Positions 1 through 11,932 of a stretch of 64,000 nucleotides of DNA are shown here, in pieces. The notes below the pieces were generated by a model, which was not told the origin of the DNA, did no database searches, and saw only the letters and a list, made by a program, of their open reading frames with translations. A program made the translations under genes and the position numbers. Source of the DNA: Macrostomum hystrix (taxonomy: Eukaryota; Animalia; Platyhelminthes); contig CATNEN010000002.1 of assembly GCA_950097015.1 (NCBI GenBank), positions 620,001 through 684,000 on the forward strand. The letters run 5' to 3'. Each line of letters opens with the position of its first letter. Positions within the stretch are counted from its first letter, which is position 1.

Positions 1-1077
1 GCCCACTCGGAGTCCAGCAACACCTATAGCTCTAAGCAAATCTCACTTACAATTCAATGTTTTGTGACCCACAGAGGTGCAGTAGACAGTGGTAGCCATG
101 TATTGTAAAATGGGATTTCGGAAATCGGAACCTGTGCTACTCATACACTTTATTGCTATATTCATGATAACAAACTTCAAATAAGAAAATACAATAAATG
201 TACGGCCAAGTTTTTCTCATAACTCTGAGCGTAAATTTTTGTTTATACGCTCGTATTAAGAAGTTAGCACATGTATATAAATGCTTGAATAAATAAGCAA
301 ATAAAATGACTATACAATTTTGATAAACATTTTAGCGTAAAAGTACTGTCAGAAAATAGCTCCGCATATTATAAACTATAAGAAATTTTATAGGAATTAA
401 AAATGTTCATCGCTTTATTAAAAGCTGCAATATTAACACTCAAAATGTCAGTCGGTTATCATTAAGGATTCTAAAGCTTGAAATAGAATATCTTGCTGTG
501 TAGCTCTTAACAAGAATAAACAACGAGATAACTTCCGGATTCATTCTAGGCATATGTATAGATTATTCGTGAGCACCGACTGCGGTTCAACCTGTGCTTC
601 ACCAGGGCGCAACTCTAAATATAGAGAAACTAAAGTATTGATAGATAGACTGGAAATTCAATCCTTATATTAAGAATATTTCACAATTTAAACACGGGAT
701 TATAAACAAAAAATGTCTAATTATAGCGAGTCATCTAGAATAAGTTCTAAACAGGAAGAATTACTGAATATTTACTTTTGATAAATTTCTACAGCTAATA
801 GAATGTGTTTATTAAAAGGAAGACAGCCATCAATGACGAACTCAGCAAGAAGGATAACAGTTTCCTGAACAATTCTTTGAAGTTAAGTCTTCAACGTGAG
901 AACTATAACACAATTTCTTACACTGACTACTCTAAAGCACTTAGGACTACATTCAGTGCACTTCAGTATGCTCAGCAACTTCCAGTTGAAATAAAAGAAA
1001 GTCCATGTCCGTATTTTATCCATGACTCGTCGATGGATTAAACAAAACTCGACTTTCTAATTTTAAAGCACTCGCCA

Positions 1078-4000
1078 CTACATCTGGCCCTCTTGATGGA
1101 CACCTTCCATCGAATCAAGTGGCTGGCGTATGACTCGTCCGTTGCAGTCGCAGCTGACAAATGTCCTACCGTCGGTGTCAATGTGACCCACAATGTCTGT
1201 GTACAAGGTGAGGCTGCTCTCGGAGAGCTCTGCTGGCGGAAACTGACTAGATGCCCCCGGTTCTGGTTTCACCACTTGCAAGTAAACATCACCGGAGTCT
1301 GCGTAAGAGGTACCAGGCATGATTAGTGGCAGGGCAGGTGCGACAGACTTGGCCGCATTGTCATGCGTCGCTAGTGTGCCTGTTTTGCTAGGTATTGCCA
1401 GCTTTGTAGATTTGTCATTTGAGCCACATTTGGTTGGCTTAGCAGTTTTGCTGAGAGAAGCACGTTTAGCATTAGAGGCTCGATCAGATCTGGGGCGCGA
1501 GGCGGATTTGGCCGTTGACAGCGGTCGGACTCGTCTCCCAACAGCCAGTTCAGAGACTCTGCGGCCAGTGGCGTCCGTCGGCTTGCGGCGGCTGCGCACG
1601 ATGCAGAGAGCCACAATGAGACCCAGGGTGAGCAGCGAGGCCGTTGTTGCCGAGATGCCAATTCCCACTGATATGAAGAACAGATGGGTGGGCTCAGTTG
1701 AAGAGCCTCCTGGAATCGAAGTGGTGGTCCATTGATTTGCAGTAACTGAAAGTTTACATCGAGCAATGAGTATTTTAAATTTTATTTCAGCTTTTGTATG
1801 GCAGAAAAAAAACTGAATAAAATCAAAATACATAAAATTAATCAGTGTCGAATCATTCTAAATGTTGGAAAAAATAGGATACAAATGATACGTAAATTAC
1901 TGTAAGATATAAAGGCTAAGGCAATAATTAAACATTTTTACTTTGGCTTGCCTGTAACTCCCGTACGAATACGGCAGTTTTATCAGTCAGTTGACTTACT
2001 TATTAAACTACTGAATACAATACTATGCGCTCACAATCAGCTGTGAGGCTTTCTACGAGCGTAAATTCAAAACAAGGCCTCATTTTTTCTCTCCGTGGCA
2101 ATGGCTGGCTGGCTTAGAATATCTATGGTCTATCACATAGGGAACCACTCCGATTATTTTTTCGCTAAAATTTCGTCTGTTAAGCCTGCATTGTGCAAAC
2201 AGACAAAAGACTACAGAACGGGATGTTTATTGCAAGGATACCAGTCTAATACAGCCTTTGTCCAAAAGACAAACAATCATTTCATTGGGTCTGAGGCAGA
2301 GCATGCGTCAACTTACAACCGTCAAAACGGAAATTAGAAACTAGAAAACTGTTCAACCGACAATCGCATGAACTGATTAGTTGTTAGATAAGCTATTGAT
2401 AAGCTACGAGCTAGCACTGCCTTTACTCAACTGAATAATCTATGACGACTCAAAAGCAACACAAATTAAAAAGCGATCGCAATGAGCTTAGCTTAGCATT
2501 TCGCATATACAATGTACTTACTTAACTCACTGCAGTTAAATGAATGCTCTGTTCGATTGAGCACATTCTTGCCAGCTGCAGTTTGATTAACGTGGCAGAC
2601 TATCCGGACATGGCTTGGAGCTTGGCATTGCTGCAGTGAAATCTTGAGAATCGTACCATTTTCAACTGGTAAAAGTTTCGGCACTGACACACTGGAATCG
2701 CTCTGCAAAGTTGGGGTAGCGCTTTGAATTTCGGAATACTTGTGAAGGGATGGACACGTCAGGCACGTCAGAAGCGCATAGATGCTTAAGAATTTGTGAA
2801 GAAATAACACGAGCGAAAGTCAGGAAGGAAGCAGAAGACGGAAATTAGGGAGCTCTTCTTAGACGATAGAATATGCTTGTATTGACATAACAAAGCTGAT
2901 ACGAGCGAATCTGACAAGGGCAATGGTGGGATGATTGACAAAGTGAACTATTGCATTAGAGTATTTCAATCAATATAAGCAAAACTAGTAGCATGTTAAT
3001 AATAATAATATTCCAGGAGGGCTGCGGGCAATGGCACATCATTTAGTGACACTAGACCCGCAGCAACCCCGAAACTTGTAGCGTAAAAGGACAACGAATT
3101 TCCAAACCTATATGAAGAAATGGACTCACTAAATTCATCGAACACATTTTACTTGGCTTTGGATTCGCTTCCGAAACTGAAACTTCAACAAACGCGTGAC
3201 TTTGGTTCGGTCCATGAAGCTTGAAGGTAACCTGAGGCTGATCTACAAAGAAATAAATCAATAGCAGAAGCTGGTGATTGGATGATGATAAAAAATTTAT
3301 GAGAACTATTCTGTATCTCTCACAAAATACGCTGACGTTTTGAACAAGCTGATCAGCTCTGCTTGAGCACGGGTGATTGGCGATGCACACCAGTTTGGAC
3401 CCGTGCATCGATCGATGCGCTGTGATGCGGAACGTGGACTGGCCGTTTGATTCAGAAATATTTTCTAGTGAGATCTTCTCCTGCAAAGCAGTTTATTCAG
3501 TTATTTTGTGCTTATGTGATTCTTATATGCCAATAAAGAAATTGAAAACATACAGATTGGAGTTTAGTCTTGAGCTGCAGCCAGCATTGGTGCTTCACTT
3601 GAGGGCTATCACTGACTGAGCTGACATTGACAGAAATGACGTCGCCCTCCCAAACACTGACAGTCTGCGTTGCTGTCCATCTGCTTTCGGGCTGCTCTAA
3701 AACGGAATAATTGTATCATTAAGAACGCCAAACGTAAACGAATCAGTGCGCAGTGTCATCAGGCGAGACGCTGGGTTGTCTACTATTTTCCGTCAGTCTA
3801 ATTATTGATTCCGACTTCCGTTTCGACTACCTCTTCCACTTCCATCTGATGCTACCCAAACCTCTTATTGGTCAAATCTCAAAAAATCAATCCGATTGAT
3901 ACAGATTGAAGTCTCGCTGTTTTGCGCAACCCAACCACAATGACTCCTGCAAGGCTTTGAAAGGTACCGACTTGTGCTCAATGGAGCTCATTCACTGTGC

Positions 4001-7000
4001 ATGCGAATCTTTTCCTAAGTTCTCTGAGTGCAATAGCTCGACACACTAGCGGATACTTTTTCACCTGCTCCCAAGGCATACGATCCAAGTTATTAGGACA
4101 CGGCCAATGCCGCATGTCGCAACGAATACATACAGCACTATCGAGCTGTTTTGGCCGGGGTCGGTGGCAGAGCGGTAAACGCGTTTGACTCTCGCACCAA
4201 GGTCCCTAAGTTCAATTCCACGGCGAGGCCACATTTGAAGGGGGCGCAGACGCGGAGGGAGGCTTATGGGTGTAACTACGAGCTCTCCCGCATCTCATCG
4301 CTCCGCTGTCTCATCTTTTCCTGTCTCATCTCTCACGTGTCTCATCTCTCCTCTCGTACAATTCAGGCTAAACTTGTTTCTGTTCATAAAAAATATAAAT
4401 GTTTGCATGTATAAAGTCACACACAAGCTTAAGTTTCTCTAACAGTGCGGGCATCTCAGAGCAATCAACGAGAAGTACTCACTTTGCAGGTTAATTATGC
4501 TGCTGTTAAACTCTGCCGCATCGGCACCCGAGAAATTTTGCTTCATTCTGCAGCTAATCACCTTCCCACTGTCCTCCAATGTCACGTTGAAACTGAAGGC
4601 AAAGCCACCCTGGACCACTTTCTGCAAAAATGTAACCATGGTATCTTAAGACTTCGCTTTAAGCAATCCCAGTCACACATGGGATAGCTGATGTCGGGGC
4701 TAAAGTGATTTAAGCATTTTGTACTTGGCCTCACATTGCGTGACTCTGAAAATGTGCCAGCGAAAGTGCAGCTGACAAATGAGGCTTCAGGATTTCCAAG
4801 GTCGGTCACATTGAGGCGGAAATGTGCAGTGAAGCCGTGACACAAGACTGGGGACAGCTGCTGTACTGTTGCAGCTGGCCGGTCTACAATGGAATAACAT
4901 TCGTATTTAGATTGTGTATGACACTTGCAATCTGTTCTACACTGCTTATTTTGAAAGACAGAATGCCAGTTTAAACTTTTCGGTAAATTCAGGGAGGAAA
5001 AACCTCAGTAAAAACGGAGACTATTGACCAAGTCCGAGGGCATTGAGTAGATATACTCTAGGAATATACATCTAGAAGTGTTAGTTGGACTCTGTCAGAG
5101 TCTGAAATTTAATAAAGAATTCGAATAGTGTCTGTATATACTCGCATGCGCATTGACCGCTAAAACAAACTGCTCAGAAACATTTTTTCTTACGTTGAAT
5201 GGCTTCTTTGTAAGTCCCGTGACTGGGACACGTCACTTGTGTACCACTCAGTGGAAAGTAGGAAATTAACATTCTTGGGGTTCGCTTCCAGCCCAGTTGC
5301 TATGCCAAATATCCATTAGCAACCAGCTAAGGCAAAGAGGAATTTGAAGTACAGAAGCAAATAAAGCAGAGAATGGAGCATCATCATGAGACAGGGTACA
5401 GCAGAAAGGGGAGGGACAGGAGACGATAAGAAATAATTGTGCAAACAAACAATATTTCCAAAATGGAATTTGCTAGCAATCTACAAGCCTTTGGGTTTCC
5501 ATGAAACTGATCAGCTTCTTCCAGCCAGAGAACAGACCCAGGCTACTCACAGTACACAGGTGGAGCATTTATAGACTCGTTCCTTTCACAGCCGAGTCCC
5601 GGCTGGCTCACAGAGCACCGGATGCGGGCTGAAGAACCCCATCGTCTGGCTGCGTGTCCGGTGAAAGACTCGCTTGCGACTGACTTCTGCAGAAATGAAG
5701 CCGAGAAATCAGCGACCATTTCTCATGAAAGTAGCTCAAAATGTCCAACTAAAGAAGGCATGTGCCTTCAAATCTCCCATTATTGCTTAGAAAGCTGCTT
5801 GCGATAGAATTATTGGACATTCTACAATCTTTCATAAACTACTTACAGAGAGGCTTCTCATTGTTTCTTCTCCTTGCTGGGTGAGCACTGAGCAATGATA
5901 GCTGGTGTGAAACGGCCAGTTGCTGCTTGTTGAGTTCACTGTGACACTGACGACTGATCCTTCCAGCCAGTAGCTGCCGGGTGACAGTGAGATGCGAGCC
6001 TCACAGGGGTCTGAAGTGCACGCAGGTTGTAAGCAAAGATAATGATTCGCTTGTCACAAGTGCTTCAAATATTTCTATCTAAGATTTTGTAGCATATCAG
6101 CTTACAAACTAACGGAGGAATTTTCAGTGTTTGCTTTGTAGTTTCAGATTTGGTATTGTACGCAGAGTGGCTCTCATTTGAACTTAATTCTTGTCCACAA
6201 AAGATACAGCTGTTCTCGAGGGATGAGCTCACATCCAACCTGAACTCGTAGACCACGTTTAGACAGAAGTGGCACGAGCTGGTGCTTTTGGTGCTTTTGG
6301 TTTCCAATTTCTGAAAATGTCGGCAACGAGTATGTTTAGTCCGACTCATTCCAAATATGACTGCCATGTGCTAGCTGTCTTACATTCACTCACCACGAGC
6401 TTCCTTTTTATTTCGTATGTTGAGTATTTCTGACATTTGTAAGTAACTTGTTGTTCTCCAGGTCCAATTATCTGCTCCAAGCAGTTGCAAACTCTACAGG
6501 CAATCAATGTCACAGGAAATCCGCCATCACTGGTGACGCTGAAGTTGATGGATCTTCCTTCTACCCAGAACTGGCGCCCACCGATTTGAAGACCGGAATC
6601 ATTGAAGTTAAATAGCAAGTCTTTGGGTGTCACTGAGTGAATTGTGGGCATTCATTTATTATATAATTCAGTTTATGGCATGTACAAACAACAAGAGAAT
6701 CATATTATTTAAAAAATTATATTATTTTGTTTTAGTATTCAGAGGGATGCAATCGGCTGTCATTGCGCAACCGTCAGTCAAATTGACCCGAACCTAGCGG
6801 GGCCGCAGCATGAAAAATGTAGTGAGAATAGATCTGGACCCTTGTGAGTCTCATCAGATATATTAATACGGTGGAATGCCAGACTGCATGATCGCACAGC
6901 TGACACTGTTGAAGGCAGCTAATCTGAGAGCTCTCTGATTCGGAGAGCTAATCTGAGGTGAGCAACGATTTGATCCGCTGAGTTCATTCAATCTCTCTTG

Positions 7001-8730
7001 CTTTCATCATGATCAAAGGAAACAAATCAGTAAAAGGCAAATCGAGTACCATCGAGTTGCAGCCTTGTCGAGGCACTGCGGGTTGAGTTGTAGCAGCTGA
7101 ATTCGCACAGGAGAACCCAATCGAACAGACTGTTCACTGCATTGAATTGCAGCAAAAAGTTCCATGCCTCAGGCTTCAAAACTGTCTGGAATAAGAAAAT
7201 ATCACCACTCCGTGCTTGCTCACAGGCAAAGCTGATCAACCAAGGTGAAAGGTCAGCTCAGGACTCACCAAGTTCCCATTCCACTGCTCGCCAGCCTGAG
7301 ATGTGATCCTGCAGCTGGGCTGTCTGCCGGAATCCATTGGGCACAGCAGAGACACGTTCACAAGGACTGAATCACCGAGTCTCAAATGTTTCAGCCCAGG
7401 TTTGCATCGCTCAATCTTGTTCGAGACGGCGGCACAAGTAGAAAAATAAGCATGGTTTGCTTCTGCACAGGAATGAGAGATACCCAGTGTTTTAGAGAGA
7501 GTAGAACAAGTCCATATTACAAGTCCAAAAACATTCAGTTCGGAATATTACGAGCGCATAGCAATTTTAAGGCTCAATGAGATCAATGAGATACGAAAGC
7601 TCACCTTCTGTGATATCCAAGCCGTTGAAGGATGAGAATGAACTCCCTCGACGCTGCCGAATAAGAATGTGCTCAGTCGGCTGCAATGTGAGTTGTGATG
7701 CATGAGCTTAGAACAGTCATCTGATCAATCTGGACTCTCAGTCGAGTCAGTGGAGAGTGCAGTTACCAGTGGAATGGCGGTCCTGTTGCACTGCACGAAG
7801 AACTCCGCAGTCGAGCCGGCTGAGACGCCTGCCCAGCCGCAGGAGGACAGAGCGGTCGAGTTGTGTCTGAGCACGGCGCGGCAGTTCGAGTCAGCCGCGA
7901 ACGCTTCGGGTGGCAACCAGCTGCCGAGGAGAACCTGCAAGCCGCTGCCTCCAGCTGAAATGGCAAAGCGGCTGGCTTGACAACAACGAACTGACTCTGA
8001 GCTCAGCTGCGACTCACCTGCGTGCACAGTGACTGACAGCACTCGGACTTCTCTGACCAGCTTCAGCAGCAGCCAGTGGAAGCCGTCAGAGTCAGCGACT
8101 CTCCCGAGGTTCCAGGGCCGCTCGCTGAACTGGGACTCGCTGACGCAGCTTGGAGAACTGGCACCGCCGGACTGCCAACCGGCAGCCACGTCCGCGAGGG
8201 AGACGCGGAACGTCCGGCTGTCAGCCGCGCCTGCCAGTAGGCCTGAGGGTGGTGGGATTGGGTTGAATTATGTAGAAAAAGCATGCAGAAATGTAGCAAG
8301 CAGTCACGGTATATTAATGGTCATTTTGGAGTGATAAAAACGACTCCGGTCTGAAATCTCCTCTCCAAAAATTTTATGCGACCGATTGAATAAATACAGA
8401 ATTAAACTCACTGCCAACTGAAATGGCTGTGACAGCTGACGCAATACGAGCTATAAGGTTAGGGAATTTCAAGTTTTGCAAGAAGACCAAATTTTTATTT
8501 AGTTTTTTCTAGAATTTTTAAGAATACATAGCTGTTTAATAAATCATTTAACGAGTTTCTGGCTTGTAAGTCTGTTAGGTTGCCGTTTGTTTCTTGATTG
8601 AGCTTTTGTGATCGAGGATTGAGTTCAGTATCGCAGCATTCTTACCACACAAGCAGCAGCAGCAGCAGCAGCAGCAGACCCAGGACCACAAGAAGCTCTG
8701 CCAAGAAGACAGTTGACAAAAGCTCGGCAT
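1078..8730 (-). CDS. Multi-exon type I membrane IgSF receptor 'gene Y', copy A (signal peptide, several Ig-like C2-type domains, TM, Tyr-containing tail)
   Basis: Signal exon 8730-8646 (MPSFCQLSSWQSFLWSWV-C8-LCG, phase-1 GTAAG donor). Ig-like exons contain DSGRQPSCRI, VLLCEFSC, GGFPVTLIAC, DLGNPEASFVSC, DSGKVISCRM, HGSKLVCIANHP, EANPKP and VRIVCHVNQ, several with phase-1 ends. TM/tail exon 1745-1078 has LFFISVGIGISATTASLLTLGLIVALCIV followed by RSRRK. A 1-nt indel at ~6351 relative to copy B may be intronic. Confidence 0.75.
2993..3069 (-). mobile_element. 5'-truncated non-LTR retroelement 3' end with (ATT)n tail, present only in copy A
   Basis: 77-bp insert flanked by 13-bp imperfect direct repeats (caaaactagtagc 2980-2992 / cgaaacttgtagc 3070-3082). 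Copy B has a single cgaaacttgtagc. (AAT)n run at the left end. Confidence 0.6.
4157..4270 (+). mobile_element. tRNA-derived SINE family 2, head only (also ~16010-16120 in copy B)
   Basis: A-box-like GGTGGCAGAGCGGT and B-box-like GTTCAATTCC. Shared core CTCGCACCAAGGTCC with copies at 24400, 36700 and 55000. Confidence 0.7.
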
Positions 8731-9916
8731 ATTTTGTTGCAGCTAATGAAAGTGGTACTCGAGCTTCTGCTGCTAATTAAGAAATTCGGGTTTGTGTTTC
8801 AGTCAAGCTGCCTTTTATATTTTGATCGGCCAAGGGTCGAGAATGGAAAGCAGCCCTGTCAGCTATTGCTGCTAAATACCGATTTGGTCCATCGGTGTGC
8901 CGATTTTGGCAGTTTTAATGCACTGTGGATAGAGCTAGCGTGCATTGTAAACAATGATTCTGCCAGCAACGAGGCGCAGCACCTCAACAGAAATCAGCTG
9001 CATCGAAGCTTTGCGTTCGGCCTCTCAAAGCCATTTTTCTTTGTGTTGAAACAGGACAGAGAAATAAGAAATGCAGGAAGAGACAATTCTTTTCTCTAAA
9101 CACTTCACATACTTGCTGATGTATATTTCATTTAGCGATTCATAAAGTATTCTTGTCTTTCATTTTTGCCTAAAATTATTCACTCTGACAATTCCTGTGT
9201 AAGCAAACAGGCAAACATAAACATCACTGATTCAACTTTAACTAAGAATAAGCTATACAAATTAAATACATTGAATTGCTGATTGTAGTGTTTGCACTAG
9301 CCAAATATAGAATGCGCCTGACACTTTACCTGCGTCCATCTTGTAAAATAAATTCTCACTGATTAACCAGATAATTATTCATCTGCTGTCAGACTCGGAT
9401 AAAGTTTCATCCAACAACTGAATGGTTATTGACAAGTTTAAATCGGAATTTTATATGGCATAGGACTAGGACCAGTGGAATAGCGGTCCTGTTGCACTGC
9501 ACGAAGAACTCCGCAGTCGAGCCGTCTGAGACGTTCAGTGTTCAGTCACCTGTCAACTAGTTTTTTTGTTAAAAGTTTTTTTGTTGTTGCTATCGTCGAA
9601 AAGACACGACGATAGAAACAAAATGACAGCGCAATAGTCAGTTATATAGTCAAGCGCCCGCCCCAGCCCTCATCAAAGCCTGGGTGCCGGCCGCGCCGCT
9701 TGTTCTTCTGCCAGGTCGACCCTGCCGGTTTAACGAACTGGCTGCTGATTGGCCCGGCCCGGGGTATCGTGCTTAAGTCGGGTCGTATCAAATTGGCTAG
9801 CCGCCCTTCTATTAGCTGGGCCCACCAGACCGGGGTTAGTCCGATGCCTTGGCTGTAGAGCAGGGTGACCCGCCGGTCGCGTGCGTAGGCCTGGCTGGGC
9901 GCGCATGTACAAACAA

Positions 9917-11700
9917 CTAACCTATAACATACATTATAGCGTCTGACTTCGGGGCGTCCGTTGGAGCTTCAAGCGGCTTGGTCAAAGGCTCAACTGTCGA
10001 CTTGCTTACTTTCTGAGCATCCGATAGGGAGGTTCTTGAGATGCCGTCGGCAGCTACAGTGGAAGCAATGCTATCGGCGGCAAAGCCAATGTGCAAGTCA
10101 GCTCCCGTGGTCTCAGTCGAGGTCTTTTCGATGGCTAAAATGGTGAGATCGTTCGACAGTCGTTGCATTCACGATCGGAATTGTGATATTTGAGTGTATT
10201 CTCTAATTTCCACTCACTGTAGTTTGCCTGAAACATTTTCGAGTTTCTCGATGGACCGAAAACTCGGTCTCCATCTCCGTGAACTGGCTGACCTTACAGG
10301 TGACGCTGACTGCAGCCTGAGGCTCCAGGAGCCGTTGGAGCAGCTGGGCTCTTCGGACCCAGCCAGAATTGGAATCAGAACTCGGACTGCAGCCTCACGA
10401 TTGAGCAGACATCTGTGAGGCTGACAGTTGCCAGGGGTTAGCGATATGGGCGGCTTCAGCCGCCTCCTCGCTGCGTCCGTCATGGAGGCTCCCTGCCGCT
10501 AAGTCAGGAAGAGGCTGACAGTTCGAGTCGGTGGCCGTTGCTGCTGACCAGCGAGCAGGAATGCCGCGGTGCGGGCAGGGCGAAGTCCGTACTGTAGCTG
10601 AAGTGCGCCGGCTTGCCCACCAGCCAGTGAGCGGCGCCATTCAGGCTGAGCTTCACCGACCGCGAAGGAACTGCGTCTGCGGGTGTGGAGGCGAGACTAA
10701 ATTTTTCCTCACTAGCTTCATACCGTTTCAAAAGAGTGTAGCCTTTCCTTAAGACTGATACTCGAATGAAAACTTCGATCAACCTCATGCTGACAGTTTA
10801 TTAAGATGAAACTGAGCGAAAATCGATCGCACCAACGAACTCGAGCGTCTCATAGACAGCCTGGCTTCCGCCGTCCGAGCACCTGTAGCTAAGAGTGAGC
10901 ACTGCTCCCTGCAACCATAAATTTCCGATCAGCGAGAATTTCAGCTGGTTGTCTGACAACTAAAATGAAAAAAAACAAGCTGAAATGTGTTTTCGGCTAA
11001 ACAGACAGCAAAGCGAAGCGGGATGATTACCCTGTGGAATTAATTTCCCTGGTCGGGTTCGGCAGCACTCGAGTGCCGTTCGGAAGCTTCATAGTCAGAG
11101 TTACGTGACCTGGCTGTATTGTACAGGGCAGATGCGCCAGCACCGTGACGCCGCGACCATCGGTGAGAAGCCGCAGGCCGCCATCATGACGCTCGGTGGA
11201 TTCAGCTGTGCACACTGAGAACTTTCCAGCATCTGTGGCTGAAAGCGATCAAGTTGCTCTTCATCAGGGATAGCGTCTACATAGAAAGTATCATGGATAC
11301 TAGTATCAGAAAGTAACTGGATCGGAGCTGTCAGTCACTAAAAAAGATTTATTGAATGATTTGGCTGTAGGAATGGTGCGAGTTTCTGTATACAATGCCC
11401 GAAAAGATTACTCAGAATTGCCAAGCCGACGAAGCTCATGTTTGCGTTTGGCCAGATTCCTCAGCAGGATGACGGACGCTCTGGTCTGCAATGCCGGACA
11501 GCTCAAATTGGAAATCAATTCTTGGGAGGAAATCAATATCGAATATTTTTATAATTCTAAGTTCCTAAATCAGGACGCCCACCAGGCTGGCCAGCGAGCA
11601 GCAGGAGACTGTGAGCCGCTCCCCGTCGGCGATCCCCGCGGCCTTGGTGGAGCTGCACAGTGAGAAGTGCTCTGATGGCTCGGCGCATCTGATGACAGCG
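9917..11700 (-). pseudogene. Chimeric IgSF fragment: unique Ig-like exons (10373-11700) fused to the 3' part of gene X; TM segment replaced
   Basis: 10500-10700 encodes ...DFALPAPRHSCSL and 11027-11215 encodes LPCTIQPGHVTLTM. 9945-10372 is near-identical to 21672-22103. The ORF ends KSDAIMYVIG* in unrelated sequence. Confidence 0.55.
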
Positions 11701-11932
11701 TACAGCTGCTCAGTCCAAGGACTGGGACTCCCCACCCTAAATTACCAAAACTACCAATCACCCCAGCTAATATTGCTAACCATTTAACAGCTGGATGAAC
11801 TGAAGCAGTGCAGATTTTTGTATTTTTCGAAATGACACAAATTGTGTCATGTCACAGTGGAGTCGTGAATCGAACCCCCGACCTTCAAGTTGGGAGTCCG
11901 ACGCTCTAACCACTAGACCACGAGCCCACTCG
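11695..11932 (-). mobile_element. tRNA-derived SINE family 1 with CORE/Meta-like central domain
   Basis: Reverse complement: GGTCTAGTGGTTAGAGCGTCGGAC...GGTTCGATTC...GCTTCAGTTCATCCAGCTGTTAAATGG; same family as 52812. Confidence 0.75.

Larger units (their letters stand above)
1..10372. repeat. Segmental tandem duplication, copy A (continues left of the window); matches 11924-22103
   Basis: Position 1 (gcccactcggagtcc) equals 11924. ORFs recur at offsets of 11923 (805/12728), 11853 (3997/15850) and 11850 (7702/19552). Similarity stops abruptly at 10372/22103. One non-homologous block at about 9561-9940 vs 21446-21667. Confidence 0.97.

Noticed and set aside
9555-9620. Helitron 3' end (hairpin + CTAG)
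   Set aside because: The CTAG is shared with copy B (host sequence), the spacing is long, and no A|TC 5' junction was found.
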